Origin: Phoronis australis
Taxonomy: Eukaryota; Animalia; Phoronida
Reading direction: 5' to 3'
Length of the DNA stretch: 64,000 nt
Assembly (NCBI GenBank): GCA_002633005.1
Contig: NMRA01000549.1
Location: 59,123 to 123,122 of the forward strand
Part shown: piece after piece, positions 11,698-24,061 of the stretch
Layout: each line of letters opens with the position of its first letter
Numbering within the stretch: position 1 is the first letter of the stretch
Made by a program: the position numbers and the translations under genes
The notes under the pieces: generated by a model
What the model saw: the letters and a program-made list of their open reading frames with translations, nothing else
The model's database searches: none
What the model was told of the DNA's origin: nothing

Positions 11698-14137
11698 ACT
11701 GTCTGGCTATTATCCGGATTGTGTTGCACCATCTAGTATCTGCATCACTCAATGTCAAGAACGTATTTGGAATGTTCGTCTGTCTTATCATAGTAAGAAC
11801 ATCATAGAAGAGTGTCTGATAATAAGCTGGGGATCCTCTCACATTCTTCAGTATTTTGTATGCATTATCTGCCTTTATCATTTCATTCATCTGCTTTACA
11901 TTTCTAACAAGTCCAGCATTTATTTCTTGACCTTGGAATTGTTTGCCAGATCCTCTACGAAAAATCAAATGATTTATGTCTGAGTTCACTTGCTTGCTTT
12001 CAGTGGCATACTGAGCACTTAACAGATATTCAATGGACTGAGCAAATCTGCCATCACAATCAAGGAGACGTTGATTAAAATAACGCCTGGGATGTAATTT
12101 AACAGGTCTATCAGCTGTTAAAGCATATTTACCTGTAGGATACAAGTTTGGGTAAGCCAACTCTTCAAAATATTTATCACTCAACAAAGGCACAGGCTTT
12201 TCATTTTCTGCAGGCGCCACATGAATCTCTTTCCCAGAAATATCAGGATTTTCTTCAATCATACTGGTTTCAAATGGCAAGCCACAATCATTAGATTTCT
12301 TCAAAAATGAAGCATCGTCTTCTGCCTGAACATTTTCATCTTCACTACAGTCAATGTCATCATGATGATCATCATCAATAGATACGTTAAGAACAGGAAT
12401 GCCAACAGAACTGCAATCTCCATCAGCAACTCTCTGAGTCTCTATTACGCGCTCATTGTTATCATTTTCTAACAGAATGACATAATGACTCTGAGCTATT
12501 AAGCCCAAATGAAACTCATTGTCAGCACCATACCTAGAACACACTTCTTCAACATGATCATCACTTGTTGTGTGCACATATACTTTCAAAGAAAACTTAT
12601 CACACATTGCTTGCAAAGTAATGTGATCACCCCACTGATTGTGATGTTCCAATGCATCTAAATATCTAAGCCATCTGATCTCTCTTTGGGTATCATTATC
12701 TCCAATCATCTGTATCATTCTATCCTCACAAGTTGGCTGATCTGTATCAGCATTGGTCAAGTCGTCAGACAAAATACGGTCGCAAACAAAATCTTTGTAC
12801 AGTCCTGCATTACTCAGCATATGAGAAGCAATCTCTTTTCTTAAGTCGTTTGGATGAACGGCAATAACACCAATCCTATTTAAATGGTAACAAACAGAAG
12901 AAAATAAACAGTTTCCATCACCAGGAACATCTATCAGAGTCATACCATCGGCTTGGGCAAGACAATTTATAGCATCACGATTACCTAGCTGCACACCTGT
13001 GCTTTCCATCTGCTCAGAACACTGACTAGTATCTGACTGACTGTTACCATATGTCATAGCCTCCCACAAGTCAACATCATCACCCTGTGCTTGTTCAACC
13101 CAGTTGTCATTAATGCGTGTGTCTGAATAATGAGGATTATGTTCCTTAAGCCAACGTAATGCAGTCAAAACTCTTGTTGGGTCCACGTAGTCGTACATAT
13201 AGTACGATTTGTATATTTTGCGCCGTTTGAATTTCAAGGGCACAAGCTGGCACTGCGATGGTAATCTGGGAAATAACTCACAAACTGTGTCAAGCTTAGA
13301 TGGTACATTTACAGCAGGTCCATGTATTCCGTGTTGTTTCCCACGAGGCAAACCAACCATTTTCATGAACGGTATTCTTTTGGACACCAGTCTCAGCTCT
13401 AGTTCATTAAGAGCTTTCAGTTCTGATGGTTGTGAATCAAGCAGTAAATTATTTGCCTTCGATTGGCTGGGCATTCTCCCACACTTCAAAGCATCATGGC
13501 AAGTTCTGCACAACCATTCATTACCATCAACAGATAATTTTCTATGAACAAGAACAGACTTCAACAGATCTGAGTTCATTCTTGTGTACTGTTCTGGCTT
13601 CAACAACACAACTGAACGTTTATACAACAAACGATGACATGAGCAACAGATGTGATCAGGCCCATGTCGAACATTTTCGAGAAAACCATTGATCACTCCA
13701 TCAGCAGTAAGAATCTTTGATTTTCGTTTCAAGAACACTTTCTTTTGATAACATAACCGTTTTTTTCTTTTTTCAGGTGTTTCATTTGCGCGGGATTTTT
13801 CTGCATTGGTTTTAGACTGACAAAGTCTTTTAGACCTTTCTAAAGTAGTTTCTTCCGCCAGACGTTTAGTAACACTTGCGTTAACTTTATCAAGTCTCGT
13901 ACGCCTCGCAGTCAGAGTCTCTTTAGAATTACGTTTCGTAACACTTGCATTAACCTTATCAAGTCTAGCGCGCTTTTCATCAGGCGTTTCTTGATTTAAT
14001 TTTTCAAGTACAGTAGCTAAGGCTTTATCGAGACGTATCCGTTTCTGTTCAGATGTTTCTAACTTGCGATGTTTTTCCATTCTTAATCTTGCCAGTTCTT
14101 TTCTCTTTAGAGCACTCTGTTTTTTAGTTCGAGGCAT
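11681..14137 (-). pseudogene. Helentron N-terminal part: STPR-like repeats, Cys-rich Zn finger, OTU protease, Helitron Rep N-terminal region
   Basis: Five 23-aa ETxxxR/KxxRL repeats; CCSCHR...WLCRTC; OTU motifs VPGDGNCLFSSV, WGDHITLQAM and SHY; FEELAYPNLYPTG, YFNQRLL..DGRFA and KNVRGSPAYY. Confidence 0.85.
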
Positions 14138-14470
14138 AGTGATAATTGGTATTTATGTAAAATGGATTCAAGCAGCTCTATAGTAACAAACTCTTACCTT
14201 TAACACAGATATCTCAGTACGTTCACGAAAGACGTAATGTATCGTGCCTGAATCTTGTCCAACATCCAATTGAGTATCCAGCTACAAGTATACAATCTAT
14301 TATTAAAGTACTGCGGTCATTTAACTAAGTTTACACCTAGTCAACAATAAGCAATGTCTATAACAACTTAATCAATTTTATCACCAAATATAGTTATGCA
14401 GCAATAACTTGCAATGTCCAGTGTTTAGAAATCAACACTATAGTATTGGTCTGGCATATAGTTTGTGGCA

Positions 14471-14623
14471 AATCTCCAATATTCTGAATCTCCGATATTA
14501 CAAAGCTCCAATATTGTGAATCTCCGATATTACAAAGCTCCAATATTGTGAATCTCCGATATTGCAAATCTCCAATATTGTGAATCTCCGATATTTCAAA
14601 TCTCCAATGTTGCGAATCTCCAA
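14471..14623. repeat. 16-bp minisatellite with 32-bp higher-order period (~9.5 monomers)
   Basis: Alternating aa(t/g)ctccaatattgtg and aatctccgatatt(a/g/t)ca monomers, ~330 bp upstream of the Helentron ATG. Confidence 0.9.
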
Positions 14624-16046
14624 ATGAGATGAGGTGAGAATGATACGATTTGAAAATCCACCTGAAAAAGAAAAACAAATATCACATCATAATGCAATCA
14701 ACATTATTTTTAGAATGAGTTTAGTCAATTACATAATATAATAAAATTCAGATTTACAAAATCTTAATTTTTAATGCTAAACATGGAACATGAATATTCT
14801 ACATGCTCCTACTGTCTTGATACATAAGTGGCCTGCATACAGACTGCTTCAGTACCTGATGTCAAATAAAATCATTATTTATTACGTGACATCATGAGCG
14901 TACAAAGAATCCAAAAAAGTTGATAGTATCACATCATTTCACTTTCTCAGACCATCTTATGTTCCGCCTATGTACTAACCTGAACTGAATTTCCACAATT
15001 GTAACTCTTTCAAAGAACTGAAAAAGAACCAAAGTGTATTTTAATACCAACTTGACATCTAGCAAAACACTATTGCAAAAAGAATGACACATTTTTTGTT
15101 CAATAATAGTTAAACAAATTACCAACCAAGAATATGTTACCATATACTACTGCATTTTGTTTCAATTTTTCAAATGTCTAAATTAAAGATTAATAACAAA
15201 TTTCAGGTCAATCATAATTAAATCCTTACAACGGTTTACTTATGTCTAGTTTTTAAAGTATGAACGGCGAAACATAAAAATAAAATAGGCTTACAACATC
15301 GGATCATTACATTGTTAAAAGGAAAAGAGCAATGACAGCACATCAGCTTAGAAATAAATACATCTGAGCTAGGAGGAAATTTCACCCCAAACCACAAGAT
15401 AACGTAGGTGGATTTGGGAGGGGGGAACAAGGGGACTCGCCTGTGGCCCTTCGAAAACTAGAGTGATCAGGGTGAGCATGTTTAAGAACCATATTGACTT
15501 TTCCAGGGTTCAAACTAAACACGAAGCTGATTGGTCAAATGTTTTCAACATAACCAGTCAAAACGTCTCTGAATTACAAAACGTGACTCAAACCAGGTGA
15601 AATATTCTCAATACAATAATACAGATTATTTTTAAAATTTATTTTAATACAATTGTAGAAATAGATTCACTTTGTTTCTGCCAAAAGTATTGCTCATAGT
15701 TGTCTTTGAAAAGAGAGTTTCTAGTATCTGATATGAGAAGTGATCTCACAATAAATTTTTCTGCATCCACAAAAACTTTGAGATGAGTCATTTGTAATCA
15801 TCTTTTCTTGTCCACCAATTATCTCAAGAACCACTTGTTAGATCATTATGAACTTTGGTATAGAGGTACTTGGCATTTACGTAATGCTTAATAGATAATG
15901 GCAGATGACGGAAGATAATTTTAGTCAAGTTAAACGTCTTTTGAATGTGATGAATTTGACAACTGTGACCGCAATTGCTGTTTACATGTAACGCGGACAC
16001 GCACACATGAACGCCACTCTCAAAGTGCATTTCCACTGACCAGTTC

Positions 16047-17888
16047 CAAGGTACCAAAACTACACGGTCAACGGACTCATAAACACAGGCACAGACGCAT
16101 GAACTCGACTCACGGACCTGCAAACACCGTCCACTGACTCACAAACACGGGAACAGACTCACAAAACACGATCCACGCACCCAAATACACGGGACACGCA
16201 GGGCTCAACACCAACGGTTGCCCGATTGCCCGTGTACATGTAGATTTTGCGTCGGGCAAGTGGAATTTGAAAAGTACTTGCCCGATGGGCAAGTTAAAAA
16301 GCTAGCTGCATAGGCAAGTAGATCCTAAGATTGTCTGCTCGACATTTGCTCCAAAGTAACGAACCCAGACACAAGCCTAAAAACCGTCGAAAAAGTCCCT
16401 GTTGCCGTCAAAGAAACTCCCGTCTTCGAATGAGGACCCAAAGGAAAATAGATCGAGTGTTATGCAGCGTGCACAGATGACACTCGCGGTCAAATCCTTT
16501 CGATTCTCTGAACGTGCCCTGCAGTTTCTGAATGAGTTGTCACGTGATACTACTGATCGTCTGCACTCTGGCAAAACGTCTAAACATGGAAGCCGTCCAG
16601 GCGTGGACGGCATTGGTTTAGTTGCTAAAAAACAAGTTCAGGAAGAATCAAAGCAATAATATGACACGAAAAAAGTGCGGGGATGGGTTCCGTCATGGGA
16701 AATTAGGTTTTCTGGCCTGCGAGACAGTGAACAATGGACGACGTTTGATTTTTGCCGGCGTTTACCCATGTACAGCTGGAAGCACCGCGTTCGTCAGCGG
16801 ATGTAAGTCATACAGATAAGCGCAAAAGCTAAAAAGTGAAGGATTGACGACATATTTTCTACACTACACAGCAGTTTAAAAGGCCTGGTATTTATTCAGG
16901 GGCAATTCCAAAGGACATTCTTATGAATTCCCGGCTCCCGGTGGCGACTCCCGAAAGAAGAGGAATACGATACGGTCTTCGGGATTGCTGTTCTGAAGTC
17001 TGAAGGGTGACTTTTTTGCGGTCTATCTGTTTTTCAAAAATGTAATTATTTATTGAAAATAAAAGTATATGTGGCATTATTATATGTTTAAATTTGATTT
17101 TAATTTAATACAAGGTACCGATGACCAAAACTGTGCAAGATTTTTACGGATAGCAAAAATTGAAATTCAGGTTAGCAACAACTCAAGTTTAATGCATAAG
17201 GGCGTATAAACTAATGAATACGCAGAAGTGTCGAGAGTTCATGCCCTAGCTCATTTCGGCGCCTGTGAATGTGTGACAATGGTTCAGATACCATAGTTAC
17301 TCGTCTAATTTGTCCATCTAGTGTTTTGACACACCTTATAAATAAATGTTCTATAAGAAGAATCGTTAAAAAAATAGTAACTCATGTATGTAGCGTGCAC
17401 AACACAAGACTCACAAGAGGAGGCTCAGCACAGGCAGCCCTACGGTAACACATTACCTAGGTGTGCACATGCGCGGTGCTATTTGGGATTGTACTTGGGG
17501 CAATTGAATTCGTTGTTCGGGCAAGTAAAAATTTCAACTACTTGCCCTTCGGGCAAGTGGCTTCAAAAGTTAATGTTGAGCCCTGACACGGACTCATATT
17601 CAAGAGGAAACACGGTTAACGGACCGCCAAACACGGGTCACGGACTCATCGGCTTCCTGGGTCAGCTGACATCGCCATTTTGTCCGCAAACCGTGTTTGG
17701 CGGTCCGTTAACGATGTTTCCTCGGGAATATGAGTCCGTGTCCCGTGGATTTGGGTGCATGGATCGTGTTTTGTGAGTCCGTTCCGTTTTTGTGAGTCAG
17801 TGGATGGTGTTTGCAGGTCCGTGAGTCGTGTTCATGCGTGCGTGGACCGTGTTCATGAGTCCATTAACCGTGTAGTTTAGGTACCTTG
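16047..17888. mobile_element. Foldback (palindromic) MITE of ~450 bp, split by a nested insertion
   Basis: Left arm caaggtaccaaaactacacgg... (16047-16198, continuing 17586-17640) is the reverse complement of the right arm ...ccgtgtagtttaggtaccttg (~17690-17888). Confidence 0.8.
16199..17585 (+). mobile_element. Non-autonomous hAT-like DNA transposon with 5-bp TSD
   Basis: TIR cagggctcaaca / tgttgagccctg; TSD acacg (16194-16198, 17586-17590); repeated subterminal cttgccc/gggcaag motifs at both ends. Decayed TTF-Zn-finger-like peptide (RGWVPSWEIRFSGL...FC...AFVSGCKSYR) at ~16670-16815. Confidence 0.75.
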
Positions 17889-20863
17889 AATTCTACGTGC
17901 ACTTTAATTATAACAAGTCCATGAAATCCTCGGCTATAATATTTTTTGCCACATTTAAATGGTATTTTTATTAATGCCAGCGCGAAACTATTGATATCTA
18001 ACGAACGAAACCTTTTTTCGAGGTGAGGCAAGGCTTCTCATCAGCTGAAAACAGGTTTGTTTTGTGTTTTGACCAACGTACGTGAAGTTATTAGTATGTT
18101 CCGTCAGTGGCTGTATTCCCACCTAACTGATAGATCTAACAAGAAACAAGTCGTTCAGTATAGCAGCTAGGGAAAGCAAGACGGAGACATTCTTTCAGAT
18201 TACATGGATCAGTGACTAGGCTTAGCTCCTTTGTGCGAAGATTGCCTCAGGGCTCAGTGATGAACCACCAATTGTACCTAGTCATTGAGCGTAAATGAAA
18301 ATAAAATCACAACGCAGCCGCTTATTGATGACACTTTCGCTGTGAAATCTAACAAGCTTGTTGTGTAACCCGGGGTACAACTTTAATATGGTGTCAAAAG
18401 GTGCAATGATCACAAAACAGTAAGCTATAAACAAGGACATAATTTATAAATGGACCCTAAACTACTGAAAGATGTCGCGTAGGCCTACTGCATTGTAAAA
18501 GTGTGGGAATACTCCACTGAGTCACTACCACGAACTCCGAAGAGAATTACGCGGTCTTCATACCACTAAAAATCTTCCCCTCCCCCATCGCCATTCCGAA
18601 TAGTTTGGTGTGATAGCCATGCCACTCGCAGTCTCTCCTTCACCGTTTTGGTATAAATTCAGCGACCATCCCCATTGTCAAATACCGTGTCTTACTTTAC
18701 ACATCCCCCGAAAATCATAGCACTCATGTAATTTAATAACATAGTCGACACAATAGCACAACCTTGACAAAAAACTGCGAGGGAATCAAACTTTGAGTGC
18801 TGTTTCAGCTGTTAGTGCTAGCATATACAGGATAGGAGTAACCCCCCAGACATTAAATGACTTAATAACCGCAGTCTATCCGAGGTCTAGCAGTCTTAGG
18901 TTGACCCTCAACCAACAGAGTTCAGACCGCGACGCGAACCCTGACCTTACTCCGGGTGATGATCACCCGAGGCCAAACTAAGGCCGAAGCGCGTTCGACG
19001 AGAAGTTACTTTCAATCAGCACTGTAGACGTGTTGAGTTGTTCAAATGGATTAGTTGCTTCAAGAATCATGTAAATTGAAAGCATCCTCAAAGAAATGGT
19101 CTTTTGATCAATAAACAGGACCCAGAAATTTCATGCTTAAGAAGGTGGCAATGTGAGACAAATACAAGTATATTTAACAATACATAGATCGCAGTGTTCT
19201 TAAAACATGATGGATAGTCCTTCGTAAGTAAGATAAGAACATGTCACAGACACAAAAACCCAAAAGATTGCATTTTGAATCGACAAAGATAACAACAAAA
19301 GTTTTTTGTAATTGTGAGAGGACATTGTTGCAACGAACCTAAGTTCAAAAGATTAAGTTGAAGTTCCAAAAAGAGACCAACGTCTTATCTTACCTTGAAA
19401 AATTACACAAGTGTTCAACAATTGCTAAAGTGAAGTGAATGTGCGTTTTGCTCGAAACGATTTTGAAATAATTCTTTAACATTTAAGGTGCTTATCAAAT
19501 AAATTAAAATGACTAAATAACAAACTGCTAATCTTTTAAATTGTATTTAGGCACTTATTTAAAAAACAGTGAGTTTATTTGAATTAATCCTGGTTCCCAA
19601 AATAAAGTGACACATCAAATGACAGCAAATCATGTTTTGCATGTGTAATTAAAAAAAATTAATTGAACCCTAAAATGTCACCGCAGTTGTTATCAATGTA
19701 ATTGCTATCAAATAATTTAGAACTAGAAAAAACGCAATTTTGATATGGATGTCACAAAATTTAACAATGTACACGCAAGGCTACACTGAACAGAATTGTT
19801 TAGCAAACAGTGTGATAAAAATATCATTACAATAGGTTCGGTAACGGTCATATGTGAGCCCGACTCTTACGGAAAGTTACAAATATTAAAAGATGAGTGA
19901 ACTATTTGTAAAGTGCTCGCTTTACATCAATTGTTAAAAATACTAATAAATACCGTTGTACAGGAAATCAATGGAAAGATAAAAAATGAACTGTAACACT
20001 AGCCTATTAGACATTTAGCAATATGTAGTATTATGATAGGTATGAACTTGTGATAATCATGAAAAATAGGACAATAAAGCTGTTGCTGAATTTCCGCCAT
20101 TTTGGTATGCGCTTAATTACTGCCATTTCAGCTTCCTCATCCTACAGTGAAGACAATGTTACACGAAGTTAGAGCTTTAAGAATCGATTAATTAAGATTG
20201 CATACACGAAATATTGAATCTTTGAGTGATTGGACGAGGAGATATTTGAAGAAAACCTGAGGATAATCGTATGATCACCAAATATTCAGTTGGAACAGAC
20301 ATGGATAAGGATATGCCAAGACAAAACCTGTCGGATTTACAGAATACTGTAGTAATTTCACAACAACACTATTTCGATATCGCGGAAAAGTGAAACTGTG
20401 AGTCAAAGTACCTAACACCAGCCACGCTATTAATTAATAGGATTAGAACCAAAAAATGCGCTACTGTTCTAAAGATAAAGCGGTAAAAGGCTAGTAAACG
20501 GATCGCTGTCCAAAATGGCTACTGGGAACAATTTGCACTAAATAACGGCCCACCTTCGTCTGTTGAGTCGTTCAAAATCAATTTGTACTTCTCCACAATA
20601 TCACGGTTATGTAGCCAGTACTTCTCTCTGTCAATCCGGTAACGAAAGTTATGAAAAATGCACTGAACGCCGACTTTTCGCAAAATAAGAAATTACTTCC
20701 GTTCACTCGCGTGGTCCCAAAGACAATGAACATTGAAATGTCAGCAAAACACGTACTTGTGATTGGACACGCATGGACATTTGCAAGTGGCAGAGCCCAT
20801 TACTATAAGGGGTAACGGAGCTTGCATGAGACTAAATACGTAAAATTAAATAAAAGTTAATAA

Positions 20864-21112
20864 AATGAGCCCACAATGACCTTAAGTGTCATTTTAGAAT
20901 CCAATGAGGAGAGAATCCGCATAATTGAGGAATTGGACAAAGCACATTTATATATGCATTCAAGAAGCCCCAATGGGTGCGAAACCAATCAAATATGAAA
21001 GAATGAGCCCAAAGAGAACGTCGCTGTCATTTTAGGATCACATGAGGAGAGGGCCCGCATACTCGCGGAATTGAGCAAAACACATTTGCATGTGCACTCA
21101 AGCAGCCCGAAT
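20864..21112. repeat. Diverged tandem duplication, ~138-bp period
   Basis: aatgagccc...gtcattttag...atgaggagag...gaattg...cacattt...caag occurs at 20864 and again at 21002. Confidence 0.7.
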
Positions 21113-24061
21113 GTGTTACGGCCAGGGATGTACGCCACCTGTCCACCCCCTAAATCCATTTATACACTGATCTATATCTGTCCTTTGAGGTACTCCCAAT
21201 AAATTAAATCATGACTTCGTTCCTAGATATAAATTAATAATGACATTAACATTTGAATTAACTATTTAAACGTGAAGCGTGGACGCTGCAGTGCAATATG
21301 AATACAAATTATTTGCAAATGTAATAAGAATTAAAGTATTGCACGACGTTATTGCACTTTACGATCAATTAGAACGTTATCAGTGATCCAATTTTAAAAC
21401 AATCCTATTAAATATGTATACGTTATCGACGTATTCATTCCAGAGCGTACCAACGTGCAAATAGCTTATCAAATAAAGTGACAGGGGTGTAACGTATAAT
21501 CGTTTGTTGACGCTACGGTCTCTTGCAAGTGTCGAGTGAAACGTGAATGCATCTGCAAGAAACATTTTATTTGTTTTCACTTAGACAATGTAGAATGGTG
21601 ACCAAACACTTTGACCTTGTAAGCCAGAGCTAAGTCGAGAGAGTTCATGAATCAAAGACGATGTCCCTGCTGTTACGTTCTTTATGGCGCCTTTCGTGAC
21701 AGTCCATTAGCATATTTATGTCCATTTGTAAACCATACATGGTGTCACTGCTAGTATAAATGAACAGGTATACATAACTCAAGGACTCGTCCGCGCGTTT
21801 GCCTCATTTACTACACTATTGTTCTATTTTATGGAGCTTCTGTCTCTGGAGGATCGACGGATGGATTTGCCTAACTCATCAAATAGGAGGACTCGTTCGC
21901 GCCCCGCCCCCAGGTGCACGCAAATGATGGGGCAACAGGTTGTTTTGTTTTTTACTGTTTTTGACTGAAGATGTGGCCAATAGTAAACCACACATAATAC
22001 CAATGAACTTACAAATCCTTTAGAGATCAGAGACAAATCAACAGAGCGGGTGTAAGGNGGACTCGTCCGCGCGTTTGACTCATTTACTACACTATTGTTC
22101 TATTTTATGGAGCTTCTGTCTCTGGAGGATCGACGGATGGATTTGCCTAACTCATCAAATAGGAGGGCTCGTTCGCGCCCCGCCCCCAGGTGCACGCAAA
22201 TGATGGGGCAACAGGTTGTTTTGTTTTTCACTGTTTTTGACTGAAGATGTGGCCAATAGTAAAACACACATAATACCAATGAACTTACAAATCCTATAGA
22301 GATCAGAGCCAAATCAACAGAGCGGGTGTAAGGAGTTCAATCCCTCTCGGGACAACATAAAACATAGAAATAGCAAATCCAAGATTAAGTTAGGGGAGAA
22401 TCAGGGCACAGGAATAAGCAGCATATCATATTATGTGCGCGGCCAGCCTAATATCTGGGGATGCAGGGGTTTCGAGGTTTTGAGTTTGCGTACATGTTGA
22501 CTAAAAAGGGTAAACAAAGTTCGTTAAAAACCTATGCGTTGTTTATTCATACCTCAAGCCGGGTGATTGCGCGCGTGTGCTATTTAGCAATTAGGAACTG
22601 CACTCACAGAAAATGGGATCTGGTAGAATGTTAGGGAAGTCATGACCCCCCTGTTCCTCCTCCCTAAAGTCGCCACTGCCATACAAACATAATGTTGTAC
22701 AGACCACAAACGAGTCTAAATATAAGTTCAGGGGGTATGGAAACAGGATCAGCATTTCGCTAAACGGCCACTATAGTTGAACCTATAGAAAAATGACCAA
22801 CATTATTTACAAAACATATTGATAAGTATGGTATTAAATAAGTTGATATTTGTTGTTAAAAAAATAATTAAGTAAGATTACTAATGGACTTTCGATAAAG
22901 CCGTATCTTTCGACGAAGCCGCTATAACAAATTTACACATAAACTAGAGCGCCAGAGCTCCAGAAGCACTTCAACTCATCCCTTCCTGATTGCGGCAGAA
23001 GGCCGGACTGTTTATGTTCACTTAGAACTTCATACTGTCTAGAGGCATTAGGATCTGCCATCAAGAATAACAAAATGTAGCAATTCATCACTTTTAATGT
23101 AAATATGTCAAGCGTAGTCCCAGTTTTCTATTGACATAAGAATTCAGACACCAGACTTTGTATTGAATTATTATCCTGACGTTAAGGCCTAAACCACATG
23201 TTGTATCTGGAGTTCCCAACCATGTTGTCACAAGCCAATTAGGAATTGCAGGAAAAACCGAATGCGTCTTAACATTACAGTCGTTGTTGTAACGTTGGAA
23301 ACATAAAGATTTTCGTACAAGAAATGTAGTATATTTGTTTTATTCAAACAATAGATGAAAGCTAACTGCTCTACAAGTCGGCATAAGTGGTATTAAATAA
23401 CCCTGTTGTAATCACGTAATCATCCGCCAGTGAGCACCCGTTTATTCGGTTGGACCTGAGCGACTAACGCGTATGAAAACTAAATAAGTACTCTAGCAAA
23501 AATATGATACTTTTAATCAATAGCCGATCGACCATATGATACTTAAAACACTACGTAGCATGCCAAGGTAACACTTTCTACTAAATTGCAAGACCCCGAA
23601 AAGTATATCCATAATTGTGGTATCGTTACTAGTTCCTTATGGTCGAATACTGTGTCAAAGGCAGTCTTGAACATTAGTAAAACTAGGGGCGCTGGAGCAT
23701 TCTCACGCATTTTCAATCGCGCTGCGATTGGATTTCTAAGACGAGAGCAAATTAATGAATGTCATGATGCAAGAAGGAAACAACATCTGATTAGTGTAAT
23801 TTGTGTTACGGCAACGTCAAATGTTCTGGAAAGAAATTTGTACTGCCTCAAGAGTCCCCATGGCGCACACCATGCTTACTATAATCTGACAGTGACTGAA
23901 ATTCTGGTTGAAGCTTTGAACACGACGTTTCGGCAACAAGTATACCTGTCTCTTTGGATGAACACTAATCATCACTATTACGAGTTTATACATGTACGTC
24001 TCTCGACCTTTCCTACTAGCTCCTACCCTGCAAAAGCACTGCTGACGGCTAGTGTAACATA

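Larger units (their letters stand above)
7795..14137 (-). mobile_element. Helentron/Helitron2 RepHel-endonuclease gene, recently inactivated (one frameshift at ~11690, one TAG at 8704-8706)
   Basis: Three collinear ORFs join into one ~2100-aa polyprotein. Rep motifs: FLTLS, IEFQARGSPHAHILLW, YVAAYVTKDE. PIF1 motifs: GPGGVGKS, VIDEISMV, GDLYQLPP, MRQ, QFPLTLA*AVTIHKCQGLT, GQAYVAFSRV. C-terminal APE-type endonuclease present. Confidence 0.93.

Noticed and set aside
14471-14623. CRISPR-like regular repeats
   Set aside because: No unique spacers and no cas genes, in a eukaryotic context; it is a minisatellite.
15380-15465. GC-rich segment as candidate Helentron terminus
   Set aside because: No convincing subTIR or hairpin match to the other end could be established by eye; the element's boundaries are left undefined.
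21783-22335. 276-bp tandem duplication giving two near-identical 70-aa ORFs
   Set aside because: The junction is a single N (22058), so this is likely an assembly artefact. The peptides have no recognisable motif.
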